DNA from: Amoebophrya sp. A120 | Taxonomy: Eukaryota; Protista; Dinoflagellata | Direction: 5' to 3' | DNA length: 64,000 bases | NCBI GenBank assembly: GCA_905178155.1 | Contig: CAJINV010000001.1 | Location: 10,073,432-10,137,431, forward strand | Part shown: piece after piece, positions 11,448 to 24,621 of the stretch | Layout of the letters: each line of letters opens with the position of its first letter | Position numbering within the stretch: position 1 is the first letter of the stretch | Made by a program: the position numbers and the translations under genes | The notes under the pieces: model-generated | Seen by the model: the letters and a program-made list of their open reading frames with translations, nothing else | The model's database searches: none | Told to the model about the DNA's origin: nothing

Positions 11448-14400
11448 ATGAAGGCATCCTCGTCCTCCTCCGCAGCGCCAAGCGCTGCTGATGCCGCTGG
11501 TAAAGCCCAAAAGCGTGTCACTATCCAAGAACCCCGTGCAATTTCCCCCCGAAGTGCGGCTGCCAATGCGCGGAAGAAGAAGAGTACGGTTGGAGAGGAC
11601 TTGCGCGAGCAGAGCACCTCGAGTCCCACTCGAGCAGTACCCCCTGGCAGAGAACGAGAACCTACCACAGCTCTGAATCTGTTCGCGAAGCTTACAGGCA
11701 CGAGTCCACCGAAGGTAGCGGAGCGAGGTCGTGAATCCGTTTCGGTTTTGGTGACAGAAAGTTCGGCAGTTCTCCATAGAAAATCGGGATCGAAGTCTCC
11801 ACCTGGCGGCAGCGAGCACGCAGCTTCTCATGCGCCAGGGGCGTCGAGATCGGCGAAACGGCGCACCAGCGCGGTGTTGCGCAAGCTCGAGAGGCGGCGG
11901 TCCGATTTTTTCGCAAAGCGAGAGGCACCGTCCCAGGCGGAAGGAGAGCAGGATGACGCATCTCCTATCGTCACCGAGGGCGCGGAGGAAGCGGAAGAAG
12001 AGTCAGCACCCAATGTTGCGGCTGCAAAGCAGAAACCGAAACGCCGTAGGAGCACAAGCACTGCAACCATATCGCCAGTCGGGCCGAGAACAACACGGAG
12101 TCGGAACGGAGCCTCGACCGAACAGGAAAAGAAACGTCGTGTCTCCACCAGAAGCCGTGGCACAGCAGCGAAAAATGCATCAGTGACCGGTCCCGCTGCG
12201 TCCACAATATCAAAAGCTCCTCGGCCCGCCAAGAAGACCACAAAGTTTGCACCGCAACTCTTGGCGCACGATGATGAAGTCAGTCTGGCCTTGGAGAAGA
12301 TTCTTTACCTTCGGCAGATGGAATCAGCTCCGCCCATCGGTGTGCCTATCGCCGAAATGCAGCGGCTGATTTCTCTACTGGTAGACAGGATCGCGGGGGA
12401 TGCCTACCACGAAAGTGGTCCTGCCCAGAAAGTTCACGAAGTCCGAGCTTTGGCCGCGCAAATTGTCAGCGCGAACTTGATCGAGCGGGACGGGGCAAAG
12501 AAGAAGCTGCAGGAGGATTACATCGAGTCCTTACTTCGTCGCTCCGACCGCGACTTGTGTGAAAAAGTCGTCGAGCAGCTTGCCAGACTCGGCCACCAAT
12601 TTAGCGACGGCGATCCGAATCTGGCACAAATGGCCTTCGGCGAAGACACGAAGGTGTTCCAGCCGAATATGTGGATCCGCGTGGCGCAGGAGAGTTTGGA
12701 AATGCTCACCCGGTATGTAGAGCCCTTCACGAAGCGACTCGACACGAGAGGTGGAGAAGTACGACGGTGCTTGGAGATTCTGAAGAGTTTTTGCTTGAAC
12801 TACGACGGTGAGGTACCCCCAAGTCCGCTGGACGAGGAGGATACTACCAGCACCTGGCGGTCCCAGGGCGCGGCTGCTTTCGCCCTTGCGCGGATCGGAT
12901 TTCACAGCGACCTCCGCATTGTCGCAATCCGGGACGCGATTTACCACCTGCAGCGTTTTGTCTATTTGCGGGAAAGCGTGTGGGCATTGGCTGTGAGTGG
13001 TAGCGAGAAGAAAGCCGGAACTTTTCCGAAGTTGCGATCACTTTTGGAAGAAGCCGTTTGCCCGACTAGTGACAATGAAGCCGCAAGTGAAGACGAACCG
13101 GCCCGCACATCCGAGGAAATGATGAACTTCATCCGAGATTCCACAACAATTCCAGTTTTCGAAAACGGAGAAGATTTCGTTCGTGCCTTGATTTTCGGCG
13201 ACCCACTTTTTCTCGAAGATCCGCAGTTCTACGCCCGGTTGTCGGGCAAGGACCTCAGTCTGAGGAGCTCGGTTGCCGAATTCGGGAGAAAGTACTACGA
13301 TCTGCGAGACCTGGAGCAGCTGCCGGCGTTCAAGAACTTCGCTGGCGCAGTGTCTACTTCAAAGACTAAGATTGCAGAATTGTCTGAGCAGCACGAGAGC
13401 GCAATGGCAGAAGTTTCTAGGGAGCTCGTGCTGAAAGCCGAGATGCAGGAAATCCGGGACAAGTTGAGAAAAGACGTCCCTGCCGCGCCCGGAGCTGTGT
13501 ACGAGAAACACGATAAGGCTGACAGCGAGGATATGCTGGACTCCGAAGAACTGCAGCTCACCAACGAAGAGGCTCTGGCTTCCCGTCTCCTGATCGCCCG
13601 ACTGCATGACCGGCGCGCGCGCCCGCTGGGGATTCAAGTCCGGATGGCGGTGCGCAGGTGTACCAGGAGAATCACGGCGAGGAAGATTGTGACGCATTGC
13701 TGGCGGTTGCTGCTCGACTTGGTGAAAAGCTTGGCTACTACTTCTTCTAGGAGATCAAAATCGGCTGCTCCTACTGCTACAGACAAAGAACTTGCACAAC
13801 TTACAGAAACTTTGAACGAGGTGGTGACTGTTTGCAAAACTGAATGCATCTCCGTCCAGCGCGCCTTCTTCCCGGTCGCCCATCACCACCATGACTCAGA
13901 CGAGCACGAGCGGTCCATTCTCGCGAATTACGTAGATACAAAAGTTCCGATCCGCGAGTGGCCCAGTGACGTCTACGAAAGGTACGAGTGCTTGCGGCGG
14001 TGCCAGAAGATCAGTGTGCTGTCGATTCTGGACGACTTCGAAGCGTTTTTCCCAAAAGAAGCGGCGACTCTCGGAGAACACATGACGAGATTGTTTTTCG
14101 ACGAAGAGTCTGTGCAACGACTTGGGTTCGATTTGACCGAGCGGGTGTTTACTTTGACACAAGTTTTATCCACGGACGGTGGCCTTGAAGGACAAAACTT
14201 CTACAGTGACTACTTCCTCGAGGATTCCTCACCAGAAAAGCAAGACCCGCACGACAGCATTCTCCGCTTGGCAATTCAAGGGTCCACCACTTCTGCGAAA
14301 ACGGACCTCGCTTCAGATAACGAGGATAACAGTCCGGCGCAGCGGAACGTTTTACTCCGTCGCAGAGTCGAGGAGGTGTCGGCGGAGTTGGTTTTGAGAA

Positions 14401-17400
14401 AGCAAGAATACAAAATAAAAGCCGACGACGTCGAGCGGAAGGCCGTCGAGGCAAAGTTGCTGCGGGCGCGGGTCAATTCCGAGGTGCAGCACATGATGTC
14501 CGATGAGGATGATGCGATCTTGCATCAGGCACTCTCCACCGACCTCCCCCGTCGAGGCGCATTTGTGGTGAAGAAGCGCGATCCGATCGCCTACGCGAGT
14601 GTGGGGCAGATTCTGCAAGATAGTGACCTCGGCGTCCACCACTTGAAATACGCTTACGACTACGAGACCGAGGCTGATCAGGCCGTCGTCGGTGTCTTGT
14701 TCGGGGACGGGACGCACGAAGCCGTGCAAGTTGGGTCGTTGGAGTGCGTGTCTCTAGCGCTCTTCGTCAAGGGCCTACCTGCCGCGTCCGCCTTGTACCG
14801 GCACCCGGTGAACGGGCGATACGACCAGGTTTTCTTGACCGACGGGGCGTCTCTCGCGATCTTCCGCCACTGGCAGGGCCACTGCGTCATCTTCTTGCAC
14901 GAAGTCGAGGAGCCGGAATTTTTACAGCAAGTACAAGTTGGTACTAAAGACCACAACCACTCGTCGTCAGAAAGTGAGCCCAGCAGAGGCAGTTTCGCGG
15001 CAGAACGAAGGCGAAGCAGGAGCAGGGAATTGTCTTCGAAAAACAGTAGTACGAGAGGAAATACGGTGGAGCTGCATGGGCCTCGGCGGAAGCGTTTCTG
15101 GGTGATGACGCCAAGCTATCACCTCGCGGAGGCTGCGCTCCAGGAAGAGAGTGAGAATGCGCTGAAACATGCAGCAAGAAGCGGAGGACCTGATGGTGCA
15201 GGAGCTTTTGGCGCTTTCGACTACATGCACTACATGACGAAAACTCGGGGGAATCGCATTTACGGTTTTTCTCCCGCACGTGAGGACGAATGTCTACCCC
15301 TCCCATCCCGCTCCTGGTACTGGTGTCCGGCTTTGAGCGACGAAATGACGGCGCGGGGCGGCGGAATGAATGAGCAAGTGATCTTGAATCCGGGGACCAA
15401 AGCAGTATCGTCTTTCGTCGTAGTAGAGCCTGCAGTAGTCACGAGGCCACAACAAGAGGCATCCGAAAATGCAAATAAGAAAGCGAAGCTGCAGAAATCT
15501 CCGGAAAGGATAGACCGGCCAGACGTCATCCGTTTAATACTGCAGTCGCAAAACGAAGGAGCCGGTGGATCTTCTTCCGCCGATTCGAATGAGTTCAATA
15601 GCACCCATTTGAGAAAGCGGATGGGGAAGTCTGCCAAAGTCCGCGGGCCGCTCCCAATGTCATCTTCCGGGACAGAAGAAGAGGGCGCTGCAATAGATTT
15701 CGGATCGGGCGAAACGTTCCAGGACGAGGAGGACGGCACAAATATTCCCGAATGTTGGCGGTTTGCCCTTCTTGCGCACCGCTTAGCCCGGAAACGCGGC
15801 CTGATCAACTACGATCTACCGGACATTGACCAAGTGATTCGCCACATGCGACGAGCCGGAGCGCGTGTGGCCGCTGCTTCGCGGGACGTGACACCAGAAC
15901 CAAAGCGAAAAGCGAAGTCGCCGGAGCGGAAAACAAGTCCCGACGATTTTGATTTGAGCAAAAGAAGTCAAAACGCGCTATTTGCAGATTTCCAAAGCCG
16001 GAAGGAAAGCGCGGTCGAGTCCGACTTGAAGATGATTGCGTCGCCGACTCGGGTGCGTAGGATGTCTTTAATCAAGGGCGATGGGGTCGACGAAAATTTT
16101 CCACCTCCGAGTCCCGCCGTGACTTCTGCGCCACCCTCTCCGGACAAGCAACTGAACTCGTCTGTTTTAAATGTCAGAGAGCTGCGTGCGGAGATGCAGC
16201 AGCACTTTGCCGCGGGGGTGCATTTGGACGTGGACAAGCTGAAGAGGGCGACGCTGACACTTGCAGCGGAGGCGATGAAAGCCGTGGATGTGAAAATTTC
16301 ATCAGACCTGAACCCGGCCGAAAGGGCCGCAGCATTGGAAAAATTCGGCGAAAGTCACGAATGGGATGCGATTTTGGAAAAAATCCACGCAGGCGGCCGT
16401 GCCGACCTCCTTGCCGGCTTGGGAAGACAACTTGGAGTTGAGCGCGAAGACAAAGGAAGTAAGCACGCGGTGACTTTGAACGTCAGTTGCCAGGTCCTGT
16501 TACGGACCACAGTCTACGACCCGCTGGTGCAGCTTACGCATCCAGAAATCGCGCATCTTGCGAAAGCGTGCGAAATGGGAGCAACTTTGCGTGTGGCCGA
16601 AGTCGAGACGGAGACTGGAATCGTCATCGTGCGCGCGGAAAGGAATAAACCGAAGGGAGAACATATCAAGGAAGAGAACGGATCAGAAAAGAAGAACCAA
16701 GTTGAGAAAGAGCATATCGTCGCCGTTCCACAAGCGCTGGTCGTGCGATACGACCGCAGCAAGCACTTTCGCATGCCGAGAATCGGGGACGTCGTCGCAG
16801 TGAGAAATGTGGTGTACCCGAAAGACATCCTCCCAGCACTTGTGAAGCCGCACAGAGCCAGACTGCGCGTCGAGCGCGTCTTCTGTGACCGGCTGTTTGT
16901 TCGGGACATTGGCTCGGAAACGACCACGCAGCCGGCGTTTCTGATTCCGTTAGGATACGTGAACAGCACCGTTGACCCGACAACCGGCGCCAAGATGGAT
17001 CATCCAGTAGCTGAAGAAGCCACGACCGAGAAGACTGGTGAAGTAGACGCACGGCAGAGGGACTCACTTCTGTACGGATCGGAGCACCGGCGACGATCCT
17101 TGACCTCATCCTTCACCCCCGGAACGCGAATTTTGCTCCGTCCGGTGGTGAAGGAGATCCCCCACTGGGTCAGCAACAAGATCCGGCTGCACGGATTTTC
17201 CTGTGAACTCGTGAATACGGAAAAAAGTGCGGACGGTTCCATAACCATATCGGTGTCGCACCCGTCGGCAGCGGCAAAATTTGCGTCTGTGCCGGTGGTC
17301 TGTGTGTTGGATGCGAATTTCGAAGCTTGTGAACCGTTAAAGGCAGGGGACGACGTTCTATTACGTGACGTGCTGCACAACGAAAATATCGTCGGAATGC

Positions 17401-20400
17401 TCGAAGCAGTTGACACGGTCCGCGCCGGGGGCTTCTTGAAAATCCTAGGGCTTCTTGACGAGGAAGCGGAGACCATCGAGGACATCGCGAACCAAACCAA
17501 CCTCCACGCCATTTGTGAGGTTTTGTTCGAGGAGAAGAGTCACGAAATTCGGCTTCCCTTGGAGTATCTGGAGAAGAAGGAAATCGGGGTAATTGCGGAA
17601 GAGGAGTTTCGTCCCGGTGACGTCGTGCACCTGCGCCCCGTGGTCGCGCGGCGCCACTACGAATTGCAGAAAATTTGGCGCGTTCTCGCCAAGGAGGGCA
17701 TGTTGAAGTATCTAGGGCGCGCGGTGAAGGACAAAAACGGCAAGCACCATCCCGTGCACGACGAAAAGCATTCGCACAGCCGCGTGGAGCTTTGGAACGC
17801 CGACGGACAGCGCGTGCGCAAAGAGCTGGTCCTTCCAAACTACCTTTTCCGGTCGATGGAACGACAGCCTTCGCAGCCGGAGGTTTTGGTCGCGGGCGGT
17901 GAGGACCGTGGGAAGATGACCGTGGAGAGTCGGCAGTTCTCGGTTGCAGAAGACGGAGGAGGGTTCGATCGATTTTTTTCTCTGGTATCACAGGAAACGA
18001 GGATGACGACGCAATCGCAGGCGTTCGCGCACATGAAGGACGAGCAAAATAACGCAGATCGAGCTGAGGGCGGATCGCAACAAGAGTTGGAAAATGGCGT
18101 TCCGAGAAGTTCTCACAACGAAATCGAGGTGCTGCTGTGCCTTCCTCTGGACAGAGACAAACTGCTTGATGAGACGACGGGAATGAACGATGGCACTGAC
18201 CAGAATAAAGAAGATCCGGATGCTGACGAACTGTCGTCAGAGGCGGAGAGGCAGAAAATCAACTCGGCACAGATATTCAGCGAACTGCAAGCGCGTCTCG
18301 GCGTTCCAGGGAGACGGTTGATGCAGATCACAGACGGGACTGGGCTTCAGTGGCTCGAGCTACGCGACGGGCGAATGGTTTTGGACAAGATTTTCGACGA
18401 GCGAATCTTGCAGCAGTGTGTTTCTACCAATTTGGTTGCGGAGCATGCGACGCAGAGCGGGTCTTCACAAATGCCGGTAGTTACAACACTCGACGAATCG
18501 GCTTTGCAAGCGGAGCAAAGCGCTCTGCGGTGCCTCACACTTGGCGGTGGATTGGCGATACAAACAACTGCGGAGAGTTCCTTGAAAACAAGCGGTGAAA
18601 ATTCAGATTTTCGGGTCATCTTACGCAACGTAGTGTTTAGTGACGCGGAGCGCGCTGCACCTATTCTGCAAAGACTTCTAGCCGGTGGAGAAGTGGTGGC
18701 ATGCAGGAAGCTGGTTGGAGATGCTTCGATTGAGCTTCACGAAACGCAAACGGAGCAGGAAGTGGAGCCTCCACAGCGCAGTAGCTCAGCGAGGGTTTTG
18801 AAGACACAGACTGTGGACATGGCAAGCATGCACGACGATCTCAATCGTTCCTTTGCAGAACAACCGCGACAAAGCGCTCCCGAGACATCGATGCCTTTGG
18901 TGGAAGAGCCTCCAGTCCTACACACAGATTCTGTGGTGGTTGATTTCGACAACGCCGATGCCGTGAGCCGCCCACGAAAATCAGTTCCGGTAGAGACAAA
19001 ACATGAAGAAGCGGTAGTTGATGTCGTTGCACGTCATGACGAAGATGATTTGAGTCCAACTGCGGAACACGCGCCTCCAAGGAGCAGCAGGTCATTTTCG
19101 AAGAGTTTTGGAAAAGCCAAGATATCGAAGGGTGCTGCTCCACCAGTGCCGTTGAAAAAGGGTGATGGCAAGCATCCAGCGTCTCCGGCTAAATCAACGA
19201 AAAACGTGCCAGCGGTGCCCCTGAAATCCGTAAAGGGAGAGGCCCGGTTCTCGTCGAGCACAACAAAGAACGATGGTAGAAGCCTGGTACGTGAAGATGA
19301 TGAAACTGTAATATCCGAGCACCCGAGTCCAAGCACGTCGAAAGGCAGCAAGAACGTGCCTCCAGTACCACAAAAGGGAAAAACAGAGCGGCCGTCCGAA
19401 ATAGACCATACGATCTCCGCGCAGGACCTGAAAGATAAAAGATCGGCACTGGCGTCGCTTATGTATGGCAAACCACGAGACGAATCTCCGACCAGTAGTG
19501 CGCCTTCCCCTAGTAATGTGCAAGAGCGGGGGCAAGAAGAAGCATCGGTCGGGGCCGGGGTTTTTGCTGCTAGTAAACCTGCCGCAGCGGTGCACAAAGG
19601 ACAGAAAAGTGTACCCAAAGTGCCATCAAAGGGACTTCCCACACGCAGCGCTGTTAGTGTTGACGATAGTAGAGACTCGTCTCCAAGTCCAGAAGACGTG
19701 CGGGATTCCGTACTGAAGTATCTCGTACCTGCAAAACCTGACTCTCCACCTTCCTTCGGGCCGAGGATCTCGTCGTCGAGTCACGAAGATGAACAAGAAC
19801 ATGCGCCGTCAACAGCGAGCAAAGGTCACAACCCTATCCCAGACGTCCCAGAAAAAGGATCATCCCCGTCTGCTCCTAGTCGTGTCTCATCGAAAAATCT
19901 CGGCGCCGGGCGGAAGAGCGCCGACAAGCAGGTTCTCTTCCAGTGGTCACCAGGCAAAGGGCCGGCAGTCAAAGGCCAGGCCACGTTGGATCGCATGACG
20001 CGCCAGTCAGCGACTACCCAGCGACTTACAAATGCTCCTGCAGCCAGTATGGACGCCCGTCGAGACGCCCTGTCAGCGTTACTTGGACAGGGCAAGGGGT
20101 CACTGTCCTCGCTGTCTGTCCGCAAGACTAGCCCGTCAGCGGGGCAGAAGAGTACTGTGGGCGAGGAAGGTACATCGAAAGTAGAACATCCTGCCGTAAA
20201 AGGCCAAGACACATTGGACCGGATGACAAACCAGCTTGTAACTGGCCAGCGGATTACTGACGTGGACTACGCAGCCCCTGCAGCAGCAAGCATGGCCGAA
20301 CGGAAAGACGCATTGTCGGCGTTACTTGGGAAGGGCAAGGGATCACTGTCATCTTTCTCTGCGCACGACCATGTTGCCGCAAAAGGACAACAGCCTGCAG

Positions 20401-23400
20401 TGAAGGGGCAAGACACACTGGAGCGGATGACGAATCAGACCGTACCACAGACGACTACGGTCCATCGTTTTTCGGACGAAGATGAGAGGTTTGCTTCTCG
20501 CTCCCTGTCGGAGCGGACGACTGCGCTGGCTGCGATGTTTGGGCCCACGGGGGCCATGTCACCCAGGGCGGCTTCTATTGCAAAAGCGCCGCCGTCGCCC
20601 GGGAGAGCACCTAGTAAGGGCACGAAACCTGAAGCGCCACCAATTCCGCAAAAAGGCGGTAGCGCAGGAGGTCTGGTGGCAAGTGAAGATGACGATTCTG
20701 TGGATCCGGAACACCATGCTGCGAATTTACATCGCTACCTGAAGGGGAGTTCTGCGTCTGCGTCCAGCCCACAAGACGAAGCTTCTTCCGCGACAGGAAA
20801 TTCGTCTACCACGAAGGGCCAAAAGAGCGCACCTCCTGTGCCGAAGAAAGGAATCGGTTCGGGGACGTTTTTGTACTTCCCCGAGCCTGTTATAGCAGAG
20901 GAAAGCGTAGATCTGGACGAAGTGGAGTCGGTCGCCAGTATGTTCCGAGTCGAACCGTCAAAAATTTACTCCCAGATGCTCACACTTACGCTGCGCGATT
21001 CACAGGTTTTTTATCACTCATTTTCGTTTTCCAACAGAACTTCCAATACCCGGCATTTTGAATTCTCAGATTCAAAGCGCAAATGCAAAGTCAGAAAGGC
21101 CGACCCGTATAATTTTAAAGTTCACATCATTCTTGCAGGTGCTAGCTTCCACAACGTCCGACGTCAACAGCGCCACACTAGCGAAAAAGTTTCAGTCCAT
21201 CGGGATCTCTTCCAAGTACGTGGCTCCGCTCTGGCTTCCCGGCATCGTGCCTGACGCGTGCGTGACGTTCCGCACTGACGTGGTGTGGGCCGTGGCGTGG
21301 AGAGACAAGTTGAGCGAGTTGATTACCAGGGGAGCATCTTCACCATCGACACCTACGATGCTGCAAGTAGTGGAAAATCATTTTTACCCGGAGCGCGACA
21401 GCGCAACAACTGCATCAACTCGCGACGAGGAGCGTTGGGACGCAGATATTCTCCTATCGGTCTTGACACCGCATGAAATAAACGCATCAAGTTCAGCGGG
21501 AGACCGGAATCTTCCTTCTACTTCCGCGAAAAAGCCATTAGCGGCCGGGATACCAGAGCGGCTGAGCAACATGATGAAACTAGTGCGGTGTCCACGAGCG
21601 TACTTGCGACCAGTGGTATTTGACACCGCTCGTCCTAGCATACGCGCTGCACCGTACACGCGTGTTGTGTTTCATGTCTCTGTGACACACGATCCCCTCC
21701 TCTGGCCGCAGCTGCGCAAGCAGTGCGTCCTTGCTTCTGTGGACGACGTAGCGGAGCATGGCGCGGTGGTTGGAGAGTCAGCGCTTTTTTCAGAGATTCA
21801 TCCTGAATTTGCTGCATTGAGTTTGTTCGAAACAAGTTCAAGTAGACACTCAAGACCTGCTGCGAACAAAACTTGTGCAAATGACCAATCGCTGTTCCCG
21901 TTCCCGATCGCAAATCTGCGTCAGGCTCACGACCAAGAGAGCTGGGCCTACAGCGGGAAAGTGAAGCATGATCCGGGGGAAGAAAATAGAGGCCATTTTT
22001 CCCCCAAGCCCTACCGGACGCTCGCGGAATATGTGTCGCACAACCCGGACCTGCTCTCGAACGCCGAACTTAAGGGTGGAATACATGTCTGTTTGCGGGA
22101 TTTGCTGTTACCAACACGACTGACTAGTTTACAACAGTGGGTGCATCGAGGCGCCCATTTGTACGTCTGCGATTTGCTCTCTCGCGAGCGCGCTCGCGTG
22201 CGAGTCCACATACCGCACAACCAGAAAAAGAAAGCGGTGAAAAAGAGTGTTGTATTCGGAGAAATACTGCAGAGTAGCAAGGATCCTGCCGATGCGGATG
22301 CCGAAGAGAATGTCGTGCGTGAACGCGGCAGCAGCAAACATTCGCTCCTAAACGACGAGCAGCTGTCGCAGCACGAGCGATCAACAGGCAGATATTCCAG
22401 TACGGACGATTTCAGCTCTGCCCGCGAAGATAACGACGTGGAAGAAGGAAGAGAAACTCACAGAAAAAGAACACACAGCAGCAGCAGTCACCACGGAAGT
22501 AGAAGATCAAGCAAAAGTGGAAAGCGCCATCACCTGTACTTTGAGGTTCCGACGGCGCTTCTGGCTCCCTTTCAAACAACGACAATCATTCAAAAGAACG
22601 ACGTCGTCAGGATCCGCGAGGTCCATGCAGATGCGCGGTACCACGAGGACCTGTTGACGTTGCGTCGAGCTGCGGCCTGTGGGGCGGAGCTCACGATTGC
22701 AGACATGAGCGATCGCGCTGCGCACATCGTCACGGTGCGAGCGAGAAGCGAATTTGATCCGCCGTTCACCGTGCCGAGGATACCGACGCACTTGCTAGAG
22801 AGGGCGGAGAAAGTAGAGGCGGCTCCCGCAAAAGAATCTCCTGGTGTCGTAGTAACACAAGGTATGAAGAACAAGAAAAGTACCGCGCCCACCTCCACTG
22901 AAACTGCGCATCTTCGTCTTCAGAGCCAGGACGCGGCAAGTGAAGCCCGTGCTGGGCCTACTTCTGCGCTTGCGAAACGCGCGTCAGCTTTCTCGGCGAG
23001 CATCTCTCGCGAAAACCGGACACGTGCGATGGAAGCACACTCTAACGCATCGAGCTCTAGCAAAGCGTCGACTCCGGGCGAAGAGCACCTTCAGGCGTCT
23101 CTCCATATTTTGAAGACGGAAGTGCAGGACTTACGGGAGGTCTTGGCCACTTCCTTAGACGAGTTGGGGGAAGAAGCGATGGCGCAGCTCGAGTGGCAGA
23201 TATCGACGAACCCCGAGGCGCTTGCTGCGTTTGAGCGCGAACGGGAGAACGTGAAAAAAGCGCATCAGGAAGGGGGTCCGAGCGCGCAGAAGGCTTCCGC
23301 TCGCCGTCTGGTCGACACGTTGCTTAACACAAATACCGCAAGAGAAGGAGGGATTACAGGCTCACTACAGCTGGAGAAAAGAGCGAACACGACCGCTGCG

Positions 23401-23772
23401 TCCGGCGGCCACATAAGTGTACAAATCGACACCGCGCGCTCCTGGCAATCTGAAGGCTCCGAGAACCAGCACCTAGAGCTGCTGCCGAAGAGTGCTGGCG
23501 TGAACCTTGGCAGTAGAAGTTTTGCTGCGCCCACCGGAAGAGATCTCGGTAGTGAGTTACCATCCGCGTCTCCGTCTCCTATGGAATTGCTTTCCTCCGC
23601 TGGCAATATCAAGGCAAGACGCGAAGGTAGTGGTGTGAACCTGCCAGGAGATCACGCGGGTCGGAACGTCCGGAATTCTCGGCAGGATGTGCTAGACGCT
23701 AGGAAGGCGCAAAGAAAGCTGAAAGAGCTCCAGGCCCAGACCTACGGCTTGCGCGATGCTCTGTCAGGCTGA
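11448..23772 (+). CDS. Giant hypothetical protein (~4063 aa) with SH3/KOW-like repeats, Pro/Lys-rich disordered region and coiled coils; exons 11448-21005, 21139-23772
   Basis: The 3271-aa and 904-aa ORFs join in frame via GT-AG intron 21006-21138 (DSQ|VLAST). First ATG is at 11448. Confidence 0.85.
19960..20450 (+). repeat. Coding tandem repeat, about 2.5 diverged units (PAVKGQxTLxRMT...AASMxxRxDALSALLGxGKGSLSS)
   Basis: Three PAVKGQ(A/D)TL(D/E)RMT copies and two DALSALLGxGKGSLSS copies, visible at both protein and DNA level. Confidence 0.85.
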
Positions 23773-24621
23773 GCTCTGTGCTGGCTTTTTTGTTGAACAC
23801 ACAGACTCTGGCTCTCCGATACCGATTTCACTGCAAATGTTTCCAAAAGAAAAACATAGATGAGCAAAGGTGTTTTCTCAATCAAAATGAAACTAAGTAT
23901 TGCAAAGGTCATGGATGATGTTGGATGTTGTATTCGTTTCCAAACACAACTGACTCGCACTTGAAAGATCTGGTTTTTGTGAACAAAAGGAACAGCGAAC
24001 ATCAAGATACGAAACATGAAAATTGGAAAGAAGCACGAGCTGTTCCATCAAGAAAAAGATAGACATTGAATTCTGTTCACTCAGACAGCGTAAGAAAAAG
24101 AAGAGATCTGAATTGCGGCACTGCAAGGAACAAAGAAGAATAGTCTTCAAAGTCTTCGCTTTGATCGATCGAGGTTTGCTGTCATTCAGTGAAGACGAAT
24201 TTCATGTCCGTTTGTTTGCCGAGCAGGTGACTTCACAAGCACAAGACAGCATCTGAATTAAGAAACCAGCAAGTAAGTAGTTCTTCTCACGCATTTGTAT
24301 TTGAACTTTCAAAGAGTTCTGTATGCACGCGGACGCTTTCCCTACGTTTGAGGTTTGACGTCAGTTTTTTATGCCAATTTTTTCATCCTTAATCTTAATG
24401 CTTTTTCCTTTTTTCACTTGAACACCAAAACACCTCCCTTGTCAACAAAATACCCTCGTGCGCTTCCTTGCTTCTGATTTTGCAGAAATCTTCTAGATAC
24501 AGCCTGTGCTGGAGCATCACAAAGGAGAATGTCTGGACGAACGCGAAAACCTGTCAGCGCAACAAGCACAGCACGTTGTTTTGGCGAGCATTTCCCCGCA
24601 GCATGACCGCCCTAGCTGAGG

